64,000 nt of DNA from positions 1,376,001-1,440,000 of the forward strand of contig OZ251219.1 of the NCBI GenBank assembly GCA_965240465.1, in the 5' to 3' direction. The position numbers and the translations under genes are program-made. Shown here one piece after another: positions 30,401-38,877 of the stretch. Positions within the stretch are counted from its first letter, which is position 1; every line of letters begins with the position of its first letter. This stretch comes from a bacterium. Its GTDB lineage: Bacteria > SAR324 > JACQKK01. The notes below the pieces were generated by a model. The model worked only from the letters and a program-made list of their open reading frames with translations. It did no database searches and had not been told where the DNA came from.

Positions 30401-30564
30401 GCGGTAGCGAAATAGTCCAAAAAACCATCGCCTCCAACCAAAAATTCATCATGAGTGAAACCCTCGCTACCCACTGGGCTACCCAAAAATTAGCCTCCTT
30501 TACCTGTCAGCATAAGGTGAACCCTCATCACTGGACTATATCCCTAGAAAAAAGCACCAACTAG
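27403..30564 (+). CDS. ileS: Isoleucyl-tRNA synthetase, type 2
   Basis: GPPTANGKPGLHH, GWDCHGLPVE, WTTTPWTLP, KMSKS; type 2 C-terminus EGLARELIRSVQEARK with no C-terminal Zn finger. Confidence 0.95.
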   Translation: MPLKDVPACYDGSRLEEEILQFWQQQDVFAKCLEQTEGRPLFSFNEGPPTANGKPGLHHVLARAFKDIYLRYRTMRGFYCPRKAGWDCHGLPVEHEVEKELGIFNKQEIESRVGIEEFNRRCRQSVMRYVKPWAEMTQRMGFWVDLENAYFTLDNDYIESVWQLLKIIWDKGFIKKDYKVVPYDPQAGVTLSSHEVALGYKEVEDPSVFVRFRLQDKENTSLLAWTTTPWTLPANFALAVNPEAEYLEVEVDLTEPTDKKCERLIVAQQCLEAVFSGVEVKIIRRMQGHELAGMRYQRLFDEWPAEGYVCRIVAEKFVGTDEGTGIVHLAPYGAEDMEVARKHGFTAAHVVGMDGKFLPHVSFVAGKFFKDADKSIIKALKDKGLLFRMQIITHSYPHGWRTGVPLMYYPKEAWFIRTSQIRARMVELNQSINWIPDHIKDGRFGNWLSNNVDWALSRERFWGTPLPIWTDGEEFICVGSVAELEKLCGKNLMELDLHRPAVDKITFPHPKTGRTMSRVPEVIDCWFDSGAMPYAQWHYPFENKERFQKQFPADFICEAIDQTRGWFYSLHAVATLISDQASFQNVICLSHIVDENGCKMSKSLGNVIAPFEVFNKVGADPLRWHFLARVPPEGQKRVSLDLIRGVSSGFINTYWNIYAFFINYAKLDKINFNQPLDPKLLTEIDRWILALLGKTILTVSTALDNFDARTAGDSLERFVNQLSNWYIRRNRYRFWKSEPGQDKQMAYLTLGHCLYDINRMLAPFMPFITEEVHKNLASTINSSAPVSVHLDSWPKPDDSFIDQPLVEQMNVAQKVVSLGRAAREKSAIRVRQPLSLISIYLPDEIAKEAVLAQKKHILEELNIKKLEFLPPQACIAQYQVKPNLPRLGKKLGPRIPVLKKTLAALPEKSIAQLQQGQSITITLNNQSLNLSPEDVLIETTSANAGQQSAASEGKILVIINTSLNEKLLQEGLARELIRSVQEARKQAQLKLSDRINLHISGSEIVQKTIASNQKFIMSETLATHWATQKLASFTCQHKVNPHHWTISLEKSTN

Positions 30565-30699
30565 GTTGTGATCGGGTACGATGTGTAACTCTCCAAATAC
30601 GAGGCTCATCTGTAATAAGCACTTGTCAAACAGATAATCTGCTGACACAATTAGCAGGGATTGTTTTATTTATCGCCTTGCATATCATAACTGGAAAAA

Positions 30700-30954
30700 A
30701 TGGCTAATATTGAAATCTACACCATCACCTACTGCCCTTCTTGCATCAAAGCCAAAAAATTGTTGGGCGAAAAAAAGGTGCCGTACAAAGAGATAAACTT
30801 AGACGAAGAGCCTAAAAAACGAGATGAAATGCTAAAGCGTACGGAAGGCAAACACACTGTTCCTCAAATTTTCATCAATAATAAACACATCGGTGGTTGT
30901 GATGATCTGCAAAACCTCAGTGAAACTGAAAAGCTAGACGCTCTTTTGAAATAG
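30700..30954 (+). CDS. grxC: Glutaredoxin 3
   Basis: CPSC, TVPQIFI, IGGCDDL. Confidence 0.9.
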   Translation: MANIEIYTITYCPSCIKAKKLLGEKKVPYKEINLDEEPKKRDEMLKRTEGKHTVPQIFINNKHIGGCDDLQNLSETEKLDALLK

Positions 30955-30960
30955 TGCTGA

Positions 30961-31170
30961 TTTGCAGATACAGGGAAGCTATTTGGGTATGCTAAGAACA
31001 GCTATGAAGATGCATTTCAAAAGTTGAAAACGGGTAAGGGAGCTATAATCGGCAGAGTGGAAAAAATCAAACATTTGGGGGCTAAAGCGCAAAAGCAACT
31101 TGATAAAAATCTGCTTGAAAGTGTCGATGATAGCAATCTTCTTTTAGAAGGAAGCAAGGACGAGTCATAA
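30961..31170 (+). pseudogene. rmuC: Start-less 3' fragment of rmuC
   Basis: Manual translation FADTGKLFGYAKNSYEDAFQKLKTGKGAIIGRVEKIKHLGAKAQKQL...KDES* resembles the RmuC C-terminus; in-frame TGA at 30958-60. Confidence 0.7.
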
Positions 31171-34100
31171 ATGGAAACATCTCAAGATAGCAAGAGCGCA
31201 TCAAATTTCATATCAGATTTAATCCGTTACTATATGGATTTTCTCGAAACTAACTTCCATAAAAGGAGAGTCCCTAAAAGAAGTGTTAAATATCGTGATG
31301 GCAAGAATCTTCTCATAGGGCAAAATCTTAATAAATATCCAAGGTTCTCCGAAAAACTTTGGAAATATATCAATCGATCATTTGATGAGAATACATCACT
31401 TTCTGTTAAGAGAGGTCAATACAAGACCACAATTCCAAAGTCACGTATAGATCTTATACACAAGCAGAGTGATTCCATTACGCCTGAACACGTAGACCAG
31501 ATTCAGAATGGAATCATAGATGTGATGAATAAAGTATCAATAGAGCATCGAGATGAAGCGGATAAAGCTTTTAATATCGCATTGGATGAGACCGCAGAAA
31601 TACTCGGAGAGGTAATCATCCGCCCCTTTCTCGAGAAGATAGAAAAGCTGATAGCTAAGCAAAGCAATACAGAAATCGATTCGACATATTCTTTGGAAGA
31701 AGTTGTTGATGTCCTTGTAACACCTATGAGAGATATTATTTCAGAATCCATCAATTTATTGATAACTAATCAAGAATTCGACCCAAAAAAGGAACTGTCA
31801 ACTGAATGTGAAGTGAGGTTACTGAAAGATCGATTAATTCATTATTTTGACGATCTCTCAAAGGATGATCTCTACTCTGAGATTAGGGATCTTGTAGATA
31901 ATAAACACATCTTAGACAAGCAGGAGCTATACCTTTACTTCTGTGATATTAAATTCAATCAAAATCGTTATCCAATATTTTATATTCCCATCTCAATAGA
32001 AAAACAGGCCGATACTTTCTCGCTTAATTTTGATTCTTCGGTCTTCATCAATAAAAAAGCGATAGAATACATTGTACAGGAATATAATAATAAGAAAGGA
32101 AAGAAAGGTACACTCGCTTCGATTCGGGAGAGGATCTTAAATATTGAAGAGTTGAGAGGCAACTTGCCTGATTTATTCCAAAAGATACTCAACGAAATTA
32201 CAGATTATTTTGAGTTGGCTTCTAATATCGATTTATCTGGTGCTGAAAAACAGATTTCCAAAAGTTTTTTGATCCATGCTTCCAATGCGATTCACATTTG
32301 CATCTTCGATAAATCCGATGAATCCCTCGTGAATGATTATGAGGAAATGCTTACATTACTTGATTCTGAGGATAGTTCTCTCGCAGCTATATTTAATAAA
32401 ATAATTACGAATTTTATTAAGGAACGACTCCAACGATGTAAGAATGACATCGATAAAGAGTGGGACGTTCTTCCTGTTAGTGACAAGCTGGTAGCTAGTA
32501 GCCCTATCCCACTCAACAGCGAACAACGGCAAATACTAAATGCTTTAAATAAAGACAGCTGTAATTATATAGCTGTAGAAGGACCTCCTGGAACAGGAAA
32601 GAGCCATACAATCACTGCACTTGTATTCGATTATATTCTCAAGAATAAGTCCGTGCTAGTACTTTCTGATAAAAAAGAAGCTCTCGATGTTGTCGAAGAT
32701 AAAATCACACATACACTCAACAGTGTTCGTCTACACAAGCAATTTCAGAACCCAATTCTAAGATTGGGTAAATCAGGAAACACATATAATCAAATACTCT
32801 CAACCACTTCCATCAATAATATTCGTAACCATCATAAAGCGTTCAAAAAACATTATGATGAACTAATTCCTAATATCAAATCCAATAGATCCTATCTCAT
32901 TAGACAAATCGAAGAGACGATTGAAATTTATAAGTCGATTAATCCTGACGACTTACTCGAATATACTCAACTGGAGAAGGAACAGGATAACGATAATCGA
33001 TGGCCTATTGATGCTGGGGAGATTGCCTCTCGTGCTGATGGGCTTCAGGATTTGATGCAACTAAGCGAGAACTGCCTTAGCCTTAGTGAGTTATTTGATA
33101 ACGAGAGTGTAAGTGAATTCCTAACACTTCTCAGAAAATACAAAATAGATCCTGAAACGAGAGAGCCCATAATAATATTTCTTAAGCTCATCAAGTCGAT
33201 GAGAGAAATAATACAAAGTAAGGAGCAGGAGATCGCAGTTCTGCCCCTGTTTAGAGCGATGAATCAAAATGTCTATTCTGGACTGCAGGACTTCATCAAG
33301 AAAGCGGACGAAATAAAATCTAGCTTCTGGTGGTCTCTCTTCAAAAGGGGCCAGGTAAAGCAAGTTACGTCATCATTTTATGACCAGTTTCATACTACTG
33401 GCATTGAGAGCCCTTTATTATCACTGGATAAAATAAAAGAGTTTTGCAGAGTTACTGAAAACATTGTTGCTTCTATGGAAGGCAATATAGATTTTGAGGC
33501 CATAGGACTAGACAAATACGAAGCGAGTCATCAGTTGCTCAGCGACGATCATGCAGCCATCAATACAGTTGAAATTGAGAAAATAGAGGCATTCATTTCA
33601 TTCATTGACAAATATGTTCAAGAATACCCGAAGACGTCGAAGCTGCTCACTATAACAAGTGCTGACATATCTACCTATCATAATAATCCTCTTACAACTA
33701 TTGACAGCAAAGAATTCGATATTCTGAAAAGATTCATTAAATGGAAGAATTTCTTCAACCGCTCTTTTAACAGCCTTCCTGACTTTAACTATGTAGAAGC
33801 TAAATCAGCCCTGGAAAAATTATATACTTCGCAAATGACACATATTCTGGATGGGAGAGTCTTAAAATTTGAGGAAGAGAATCGGTCCACAGCGAGGACA
33901 CTGAAGGGGAATATCAGGAAAAAGAAAAGATTTCCGCGAGAGGAATTCAGCAAACTAAAAGAGGCATTCCCCTGCATAATAGCTGGCATCAGAGATTTTG
34001 CGGATTATATTCCACTTGAGGATAACCTCTTTGATCTTGTTATTATTGATGAGGCCTCTCAGGTTAGTATAGCTCAAGCTTTTCCTGCACTATTACGCGC

Positions 34101-35451
34101 AAAGAAGGCTGTCATCCTGGGTGACAAAAAACAGTTTAGCAACGTAAAATCAATGCAGGCACGCTCCGACACAAACGCGAAATATCTGAATCTGCTTAAT
34201 AAAAGCTTTAAAGCCAATGTCTCTGTTAATATTTCTGAATTGGAGAGACTAACAAATTTTAATATAAAAACCTCAGTCCTCGAATTTTTTGGGTTCATAA
34301 GCAATTTCGACATCATGCTATTAAAGCATTTTCGAGGGTATCGTGAACACATTTCATATTCTAGCAAGCATTTCTACGGTGGCCAGTTACAAGCAATACG
34401 ACTACGAATACACCCTATAAATGAAGTCATCAAGTTTACAAACATTGATCATGACGGATTGAAGGAAGTAACAGAAAATACAAACTCTCCTGAAACAGAA
34501 TTTATTATTACTGAACTTAATAAGCTCAAGGAGAACGATACTCAATCATCCGTAGGCATTATAACCCCCCATACCAACCAGCAGAAGTTGATATCTGCTG
34601 AAATCTCTAAATTGCCAGATCGTGACTATTTCTATGATGAATTAAATCTCAAGATTATGACATTTGATACCTGCCAGGGAGAGGAAAGAGATATTATCTT
34701 TTACTCAATGGTAGCTACGGGGGACTCCGATAGATTGTGGGGTGTGTTCATAAAGGATCTCAGCACCATCGACCTCGAAGAAAACGGTACGATAAAAACG
34801 CAACGATTAAACGTCGGTTTTAGCAGAGCAAAGGAATGTATGCACTTCGTTATCAGCAAGCCTATAGAAGAATTTACTGGTTCCATAGGTGATGCACTGA
34901 GGCATTACAATGCTATTTTAGAAAAAACCAAGACTCTACCCACCGAATCGGATGTTGATCCAAAATCTCCTATGGAGACAAGGGTTTTAGAGTGGTTAAA
35001 AAACTGCCCATTTTATCAAGAACACTTTGAGGCAATCGAGATCAAAGCGCAGTTTCCTATCGGAGTATATCTGAAGCAACTTGACCAGGATTATGAGCAT
35101 CCGTCATATGAGCATCCGTCATATGTAATAGATTTTATGTTTTTGTTTCGTGATCCTACCGATAGTAAGGATTACAAGATTATAATCGAGTACGATGGAC
35201 TAAGGAATCATTTAGATAATTATGAGAATATCAATGAATTTAACTATGAGCACTTTTATACCAAAGAGCACGTTGAAAGACAAATGGTGTTAGAGAGCTA
35301 CGGATATCAGTTTATTCGTTTAAATCGATTCAACACGGGTAGTGACCCAATAAAATCTTTGAATGACAAAATACTGAACATTGTAAAAAAAAAGACTTTA
35401 AAACCGAGACCACATTTACAGAGAAACTCCTTGATACCGTCAGCGATCTAA
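31171..35451 (+). CDS. Large SF1 (DNA2/NAM7/Upf1-like) helicase with C-terminal Vsr/DUF559-like nuclease domain
   Basis: GPPGTGKS, IIDEASQ, GDKKQ, HFR, TCQGEERD, RLNVGFSRAK; SPME...YVIDF...IIIEYDG...ERQMVLESYGYQFIRL. Confidence 0.85.
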   Translation: METSQDSKSASNFISDLIRYYMDFLETNFHKRRVPKRSVKYRDGKNLLIGQNLNKYPRFSEKLWKYINRSFDENTSLSVKRGQYKTTIPKSRIDLIHKQSDSITPEHVDQIQNGIIDVMNKVSIEHRDEADKAFNIALDETAEILGEVIIRPFLEKIEKLIAKQSNTEIDSTYSLEEVVDVLVTPMRDIISESINLLITNQEFDPKKELSTECEVRLLKDRLIHYFDDLSKDDLYSEIRDLVDNKHILDKQELYLYFCDIKFNQNRYPIFYIPISIEKQADTFSLNFDSSVFINKKAIEYIVQEYNNKKGKKGTLASIRERILNIEELRGNLPDLFQKILNEITDYFELASNIDLSGAEKQISKSFLIHASNAIHICIFDKSDESLVNDYEEMLTLLDSEDSSLAAIFNKIITNFIKERLQRCKNDIDKEWDVLPVSDKLVASSPIPLNSEQRQILNALNKDSCNYIAVEGPPGTGKSHTITALVFDYILKNKSVLVLSDKKEALDVVEDKITHTLNSVRLHKQFQNPILRLGKSGNTYNQILSTTSINNIRNHHKAFKKHYDELIPNIKSNRSYLIRQIEETIEIYKSINPDDLLEYTQLEKEQDNDNRWPIDAGEIASRADGLQDLMQLSENCLSLSELFDNESVSEFLTLLRKYKIDPETREPIIIFLKLIKSMREIIQSKEQEIAVLPLFRAMNQNVYSGLQDFIKKADEIKSSFWWSLFKRGQVKQVTSSFYDQFHTTGIESPLLSLDKIKEFCRVTENIVASMEGNIDFEAIGLDKYEASHQLLSDDHAAINTVEIEKIEAFISFIDKYVQEYPKTSKLLTITSADISTYHNNPLTTIDSKEFDILKRFIKWKNFFNRSFNSLPDFNYVEAKSALEKLYTSQMTHILDGRVLKFEEENRSTARTLKGNIRKKKRFPREEFSKLKEAFPCIIAGIRDFADYIPLEDNLFDLVIIDEASQVSIAQAFPALLRAKKAVILGDKKQFSNVKSMQARSDTNAKYLNLLNKSFKANVSVNISELERLTNFNIKTSVLEFFGFISNFDIMLLKHFRGYREHISYSSKHFYGGQLQAIRLRIHPINEVIKFTNIDHDGLKEVTENTNSPETEFIITELNKLKENDTQSSVGIITPHTNQQKLISAEISKLPDRDYFYDELNLKIMTFDTCQGEERDIIFYSMVATGDSDRLWGVFIKDLSTIDLEENGTIKTQRLNVGFSRAKECMHFVISKPIEEFTGSIGDALRHYNAILEKTKTLPTESDVDPKSPMETRVLEWLKNCPFYQEHFEAIEIKAQFPIGVYLKQLDQDYEHPSYEHPSYVIDFMFLFRDPTDSKDYKIIIEYDGLRNHLDNYENINEFNYEHFYTKEHVERQMVLESYGYQFIRLNRFNTGSDPIKSLNDKILNIVKKKTLKPRPHLQRNSLIPSAI
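35385..35394 (+). other. Slippery site A9G (A_AAA_AAG in the helicase frame)
   Basis: Codons gta aaa aaa aag at 35383-35394. Confidence 0.7.
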
Positions 35452-35747
35452 ATTCTGGAAAACTCAAGACTTGTCCAAAGTGCAATCAACTTAGACTAAT
35501 TTCTGATTTTAAAGATGCAACGTTAATTTCAGGAGAAGGTCGTTTTTGTAAATCCTGTAAGCGAGGAATTGCGAAACCTAATCGAGGAAAGACAAATAAG
35601 GCGGAAAGAAGTGCTAGTGACTCTTTTCAATGCCCAAAATGCTCAGCAAGAATGGTATTGTGTTCAGGAAAATATGGTAAGTTTTATGGATGTTCAACGT
35701 ATCCACGTTGTCGTGGTACTAGACACTACTTTCATAGCTTCCACTAG
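35394..35747 (+). CDS. -1 frame extension of the helicase: CxxC..CxxC module plus topoisomerase-type C4 zinc ribbon (117 aa)
   Basis: DFKTETTFTEKLL...CPKC...CKSC...CPKCSARMVLCSGKYGKFYGCSTYPRCRGTRHYFHSFH*; frame opens after TGA at 35364 and has no start codon before the motifs. Confidence 0.8.
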   Translation, partial: DFKTETTFTEKLLDTVSDLNSGKLKTCPKCNQLRLISDFKDATLISGEGRFCKSCKRGIAKPNRGKTNKAERSASDSFQCPKCSARMVLCSGKYGKFYGCSTYPRCRGTRHYFHSFH

Positions 35748-35827
35748 ACTTTTAAATTTTGCAGCTTCTTCATGAGTCATCTTAATTGCGCAATGAGGGC
35801 CGAGCCAGTATTTCTGCCATTGCCAAA

Positions 35828-35886
35828 CCGAGCTAGTCTTGCCGAGCTAGTCATTGCCGAGCTGGTCATTGCCGAGCTCGTTGTTG
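35828..35886. repeat. Four tandem 14-15-bp repeats ccgagct(a/g/c)gt...ttg
   Basis: ccgagctagtcttg ccgagctagtcattg ccgagctggtcattg ccgagctcgttgttg. Confidence 0.8.
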
Positions 35887-35909
35887 CTATCTTTGCCCCT
35901 GCTTAAAAT

Positions 35910-37403
35910 ATGCCTCCCTATAAAAAAACATTGCTGCGTTTGGATTGCGTACATAAGCGATTTGGTTCTACCCATGCCTTGCGTGGAATTAATTTGGAGC
36001 TAATTGAAGGGGAGATATTGATATTGATGGGAGTTAATGGTGCGGGAAAATCAATGTTGGCTAAATTGGTGGGCGGTATTTATGAGCTTGATGATGGTGC
36101 GATGTATTTGGATGGCAAGTTGTACCAACCTAGTAGTCCTCATGATGCCTTACGGGCAGGGGTGGTTACTGTGCATCAGCATGTGAAGGATGGGTTGATT
36201 GCGGACATGACTGTCGCTGAGAATTTGTCTTTTGACCGTTGGTGCTTGGGTGATGAAGGTTGGTTTTTTACTGCTGGAAGGGTATGTAGTATGGCAAAAG
36301 AGGTAGCTACACACTTAAATCTGCAGTTAGACTGGGAACAACAGGTGCGGGAGCTATCACTAGCTGACAGACAATTGGTGGCAATAGCTAGGGCATTATC
36401 TCAGCAGCCGCGATTATTGATATTGGATGAGCCAACCGCGTCGTTATCTCAGACCGAGACCGAGCGTTTATTTGGGTTGTTGAATAAATTACGTAAATCT
36501 GGATGCACGATATTATATATTTCGCATCAATTATCAGACATTGAGAAACTGGCTGATCGAGTGGCAGTACTCAAAGATGGTTGTCTGGCAAAGATATTTG
36601 AGGTTCCTGTAGATCGTACTAAGGTGGTAGAGAGCATGCTGGGATACACCATCAATGATAGTCGTCAAGCGGCGACCGCAAGTAATGAGGTGGTGCTGGA
36701 GGTGCGAGACCTACAATTAAGATCTAGTTCGCGTCCGATGAATTTTGCAGTTCATCGTGGTGAGGTGATAGCTGCAACAGGTTTGCTGGGTAGTGGCAAG
36801 ACTGAGTTTGCCGAATGTTTATTTGGAGAACGGCAGCCTTATCGGGGTAGTTTTTTGCTGAAAGGACAGCCGTACCAAGTGCGTTCTGCTAGGCAAGCAA
36901 TCAATCGGGGAGTGTTTATGCTCCCTGAGGATAGAGAGCAGGCTTTAGTAGCTGATTTTTGTCTGTTTGAAAACTTGGTGCTACCATTTACGGCTATATT
37001 CAGCCGTTGGGGTTGGCTACAAAAGGTTAAGGAGCGTGCTCTGGCTAAGCAGCAAATTTTGTATTTGAAGATCGTTTGTGCATCGGAGAGAGACCCCATT
37101 GAATGCTTATCTGGGGGCAATCAGCAGAAGATAGTGTTGGCACGCTGGCTATGCCAGCCTAGTCAGCTATTGGTGTTGGATGAACCTTTTTCTGGTATAG
37201 ACCTTGGCTCACGAAGGGATATTGCTGATAGGCTACGCTCTACTGCTAATGAACGGGCGACTTTGGTCCTTTGTTCAGACCCCGATGAGGCAGTAGAAAT
37301 AGCAGACCGCATCTTGGTGTTCCACGAGGGAAATCTCAATGGAGAACACAGCATCGCCCAGCTTGACCGTCAACAAATGCTCCAACAAATGCTTTGTGCT
37401 TGA
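35910..37403 (+). CDS. Sugar ABC transporter ATP-binding protein (RbsA-like, two NBDs)
   Basis: GVNGAGKS, LILDEPT, LSGGNQQK, LDEPF. Confidence 0.9.
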   Translation: MPPYKKTLLRLDCVHKRFGSTHALRGINLELIEGEILILMGVNGAGKSMLAKLVGGIYELDDGAMYLDGKLYQPSSPHDALRAGVVTVHQHVKDGLIADMTVAENLSFDRWCLGDEGWFFTAGRVCSMAKEVATHLNLQLDWEQQVRELSLADRQLVAIARALSQQPRLLILDEPTASLSQTETERLFGLLNKLRKSGCTILYISHQLSDIEKLADRVAVLKDGCLAKIFEVPVDRTKVVESMLGYTINDSRQAATASNEVVLEVRDLQLRSSSRPMNFAVHRGEVIAATGLLGSGKTEFAECLFGERQPYRGSFLLKGQPYQVRSARQAINRGVFMLPEDREQALVADFCLFENLVLPFTAIFSRWGWLQKVKERALAKQQILYLKIVCASERDPIECLSGGNQQKIVLARWLCQPSQLLVLDEPFSGIDLGSRRDIADRLRSTANERATLVLCSDPDEAVEIADRILVFHEGNLNGEHSIAQLDRQQMLQQMLCA

Positions 37404-37440
37404 TATCTAAGCATTATTTTACGGCTGTATCTAATCTACT

Positions 37441-38448
37441 ATGATCCCCTTATCCACCAAAAAATGGGTAGCAACTTGGCCAGCAATGGCTATTCGGCAC
37501 GGCTTGATCATTTTTACGCTGCTTATATTTATTTTCTTTTCTTTAGCTGATCCAGATTTCTTTAGTACTCGCAACATTTTCATTATCCTGCAGTCGCTTT
37601 CCATTGTAGCCATATTGGCACTGGGCGTAACTGTCAGTATGGCTGCTGGAGGTTTTGATATATCCATCGGGGCAGTGGCAGCTTCTTCTATGATAGCCTC
37701 CAGCTACGCCATGGTAGTCTGGGAGGCTGGGGCAGGAGTGGCTATTCTGTTGTCTCTTTGTATAGGGTTACTAGTAGGATTATGTAATGGATTTCTAGTA
37801 GTTAAAATGCGAGTGCCAGATTTATTGGCTACTTTGGGCATGCTATTTCTGGTGCAGGGACTACAGCGAATTCCAACTGCTGGGCATTCTATTGCTACGG
37901 GTTTTTTTCTACCCAGTGGGGAAATTGCTTCAGGTGTGTTTTCGCCAGTCTTCCTGCTGCTGGGCAGGCACCGCTTCTTTGATATAATCCCCGTTCCCGT
38001 AGTGATAATGGCATTGCTAGCCCTATTTAGCTGGGTGTTCCTGGAATTCACCAAATGGGGACGCATATTTTACGCCATTGGCAGCAATGAATATGCCAGC
38101 CGATTAGCAGGTGCACCCGTAGCAAAGTACAAAATAGTCTCCTATATGATATCAGGGGCTTATGCTTCTATTGGCGGAATCTTGCTGGCAGCTAGACTGG
38201 GGCGTGGCGATGTCGGTTCAGGAAATTCACTCTTATTAGATGCAATCTCTGCAACTTTAGTGGGCTTTGCAGTACTGGGAAAAGGAAAACCCAACGCCTT
38301 TGGTACCATTGTGGGTGCCATCTTAGTAGGCATGCTAATCAATGGATTGACCATGCTCAACGTACCCTATTACACTCAGGATTTCATCAAAGGTGTAGTA
38401 CTGGTGCTGGCTTTATCTTTCACCTTTGGGCTGAACAAAGCTCGTTAG
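37441..38448 (+). CDS. Sugar ABC transporter permease (RbsC-like)
   Basis: GGFDISIG, LLATLG, GRIFYAIGSNEYASRLAG. Confidence 0.9.
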   Translation: MIPLSTKKWVATWPAMAIRHGLIIFTLLIFIFFSLADPDFFSTRNIFIILQSLSIVAILALGVTVSMAAGGFDISIGAVAASSMIASSYAMVVWEAGAGVAILLSLCIGLLVGLCNGFLVVKMRVPDLLATLGMLFLVQGLQRIPTAGHSIATGFFLPSGEIASGVFSPVFLLLGRHRFFDIIPVPVVIMALLALFSWVFLEFTKWGRIFYAIGSNEYASRLAGAPVAKYKIVSYMISGAYASIGGILLAARLGRGDVGSGNSLLLDAISATLVGFAVLGKGKPNAFGTIVGAILVGMLINGLTMLNVPYYTQDFIKGVVLVLALSFTFGLNKAR

Positions 38449-38570
38449 TATAAAGATAAGTATGTGGGGGGTTGGTGGTGGGGGTTGGTGGTGATTGCTT
38501 GGACTGGACTGGTTTCATAAAAGACTTGGCAAAGGAGTACAGGTTTGGGTAGACTAGGATTGTTTTCATC

Positions 38571-38861
38571 GTGGACGAGAATTTTTATTTAGGATGTAGA
38601 GATGAGTTGGGGAGTTGTATTTTTTGGCATTCTAGCGATGTTAGGCAGTGCGATATTGGCGTTTCTGCTGAGTACACGGAATTAGATGCGGAGTCAGATA
38701 AGGATAGCAGCATGTTTGAATTATTTGGATTGTTGTTTAAGTTATTTATTTACACTTGGATTGGCATCATTGCTGTGATCCCGCAGATTATCATGGGCGG
38801 TTTGTTTTTGTGCTTGGGAGCAACTTTGTTGACATACCTTCCTAAGAATAAACAGCCTTAG
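38571..38861 (+). CDS. Hypothetical small membrane protein
   Basis: Two C-terminal hydrophobic segments; start uncertain. Confidence 0.4.
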   Translation: MDENFYLGCRDELGSCIFWHSSDVRQCDIGVSAEYTELDAESDKDSSMFELFGLLFKLFIYTWIGIIAVIPQIIMGGLFLCLGATLLTYLPKNKQP

Positions 38862-38877
38862 GAGCATGTTTTAACCG

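Noticed and set aside
35569-35775. 68-aa ORF from the track
   Set aside because: Overlaps the -1 frame zinc-ribbon sequence, which has recognisable motifs; this frame has none.
30955-35900. Prophage, IS or integrative element
   Set aside because: No integrase, transposase, terminal repeats or flanking direct repeats found; only composition and the rmuC remnant suggest foreign origin.
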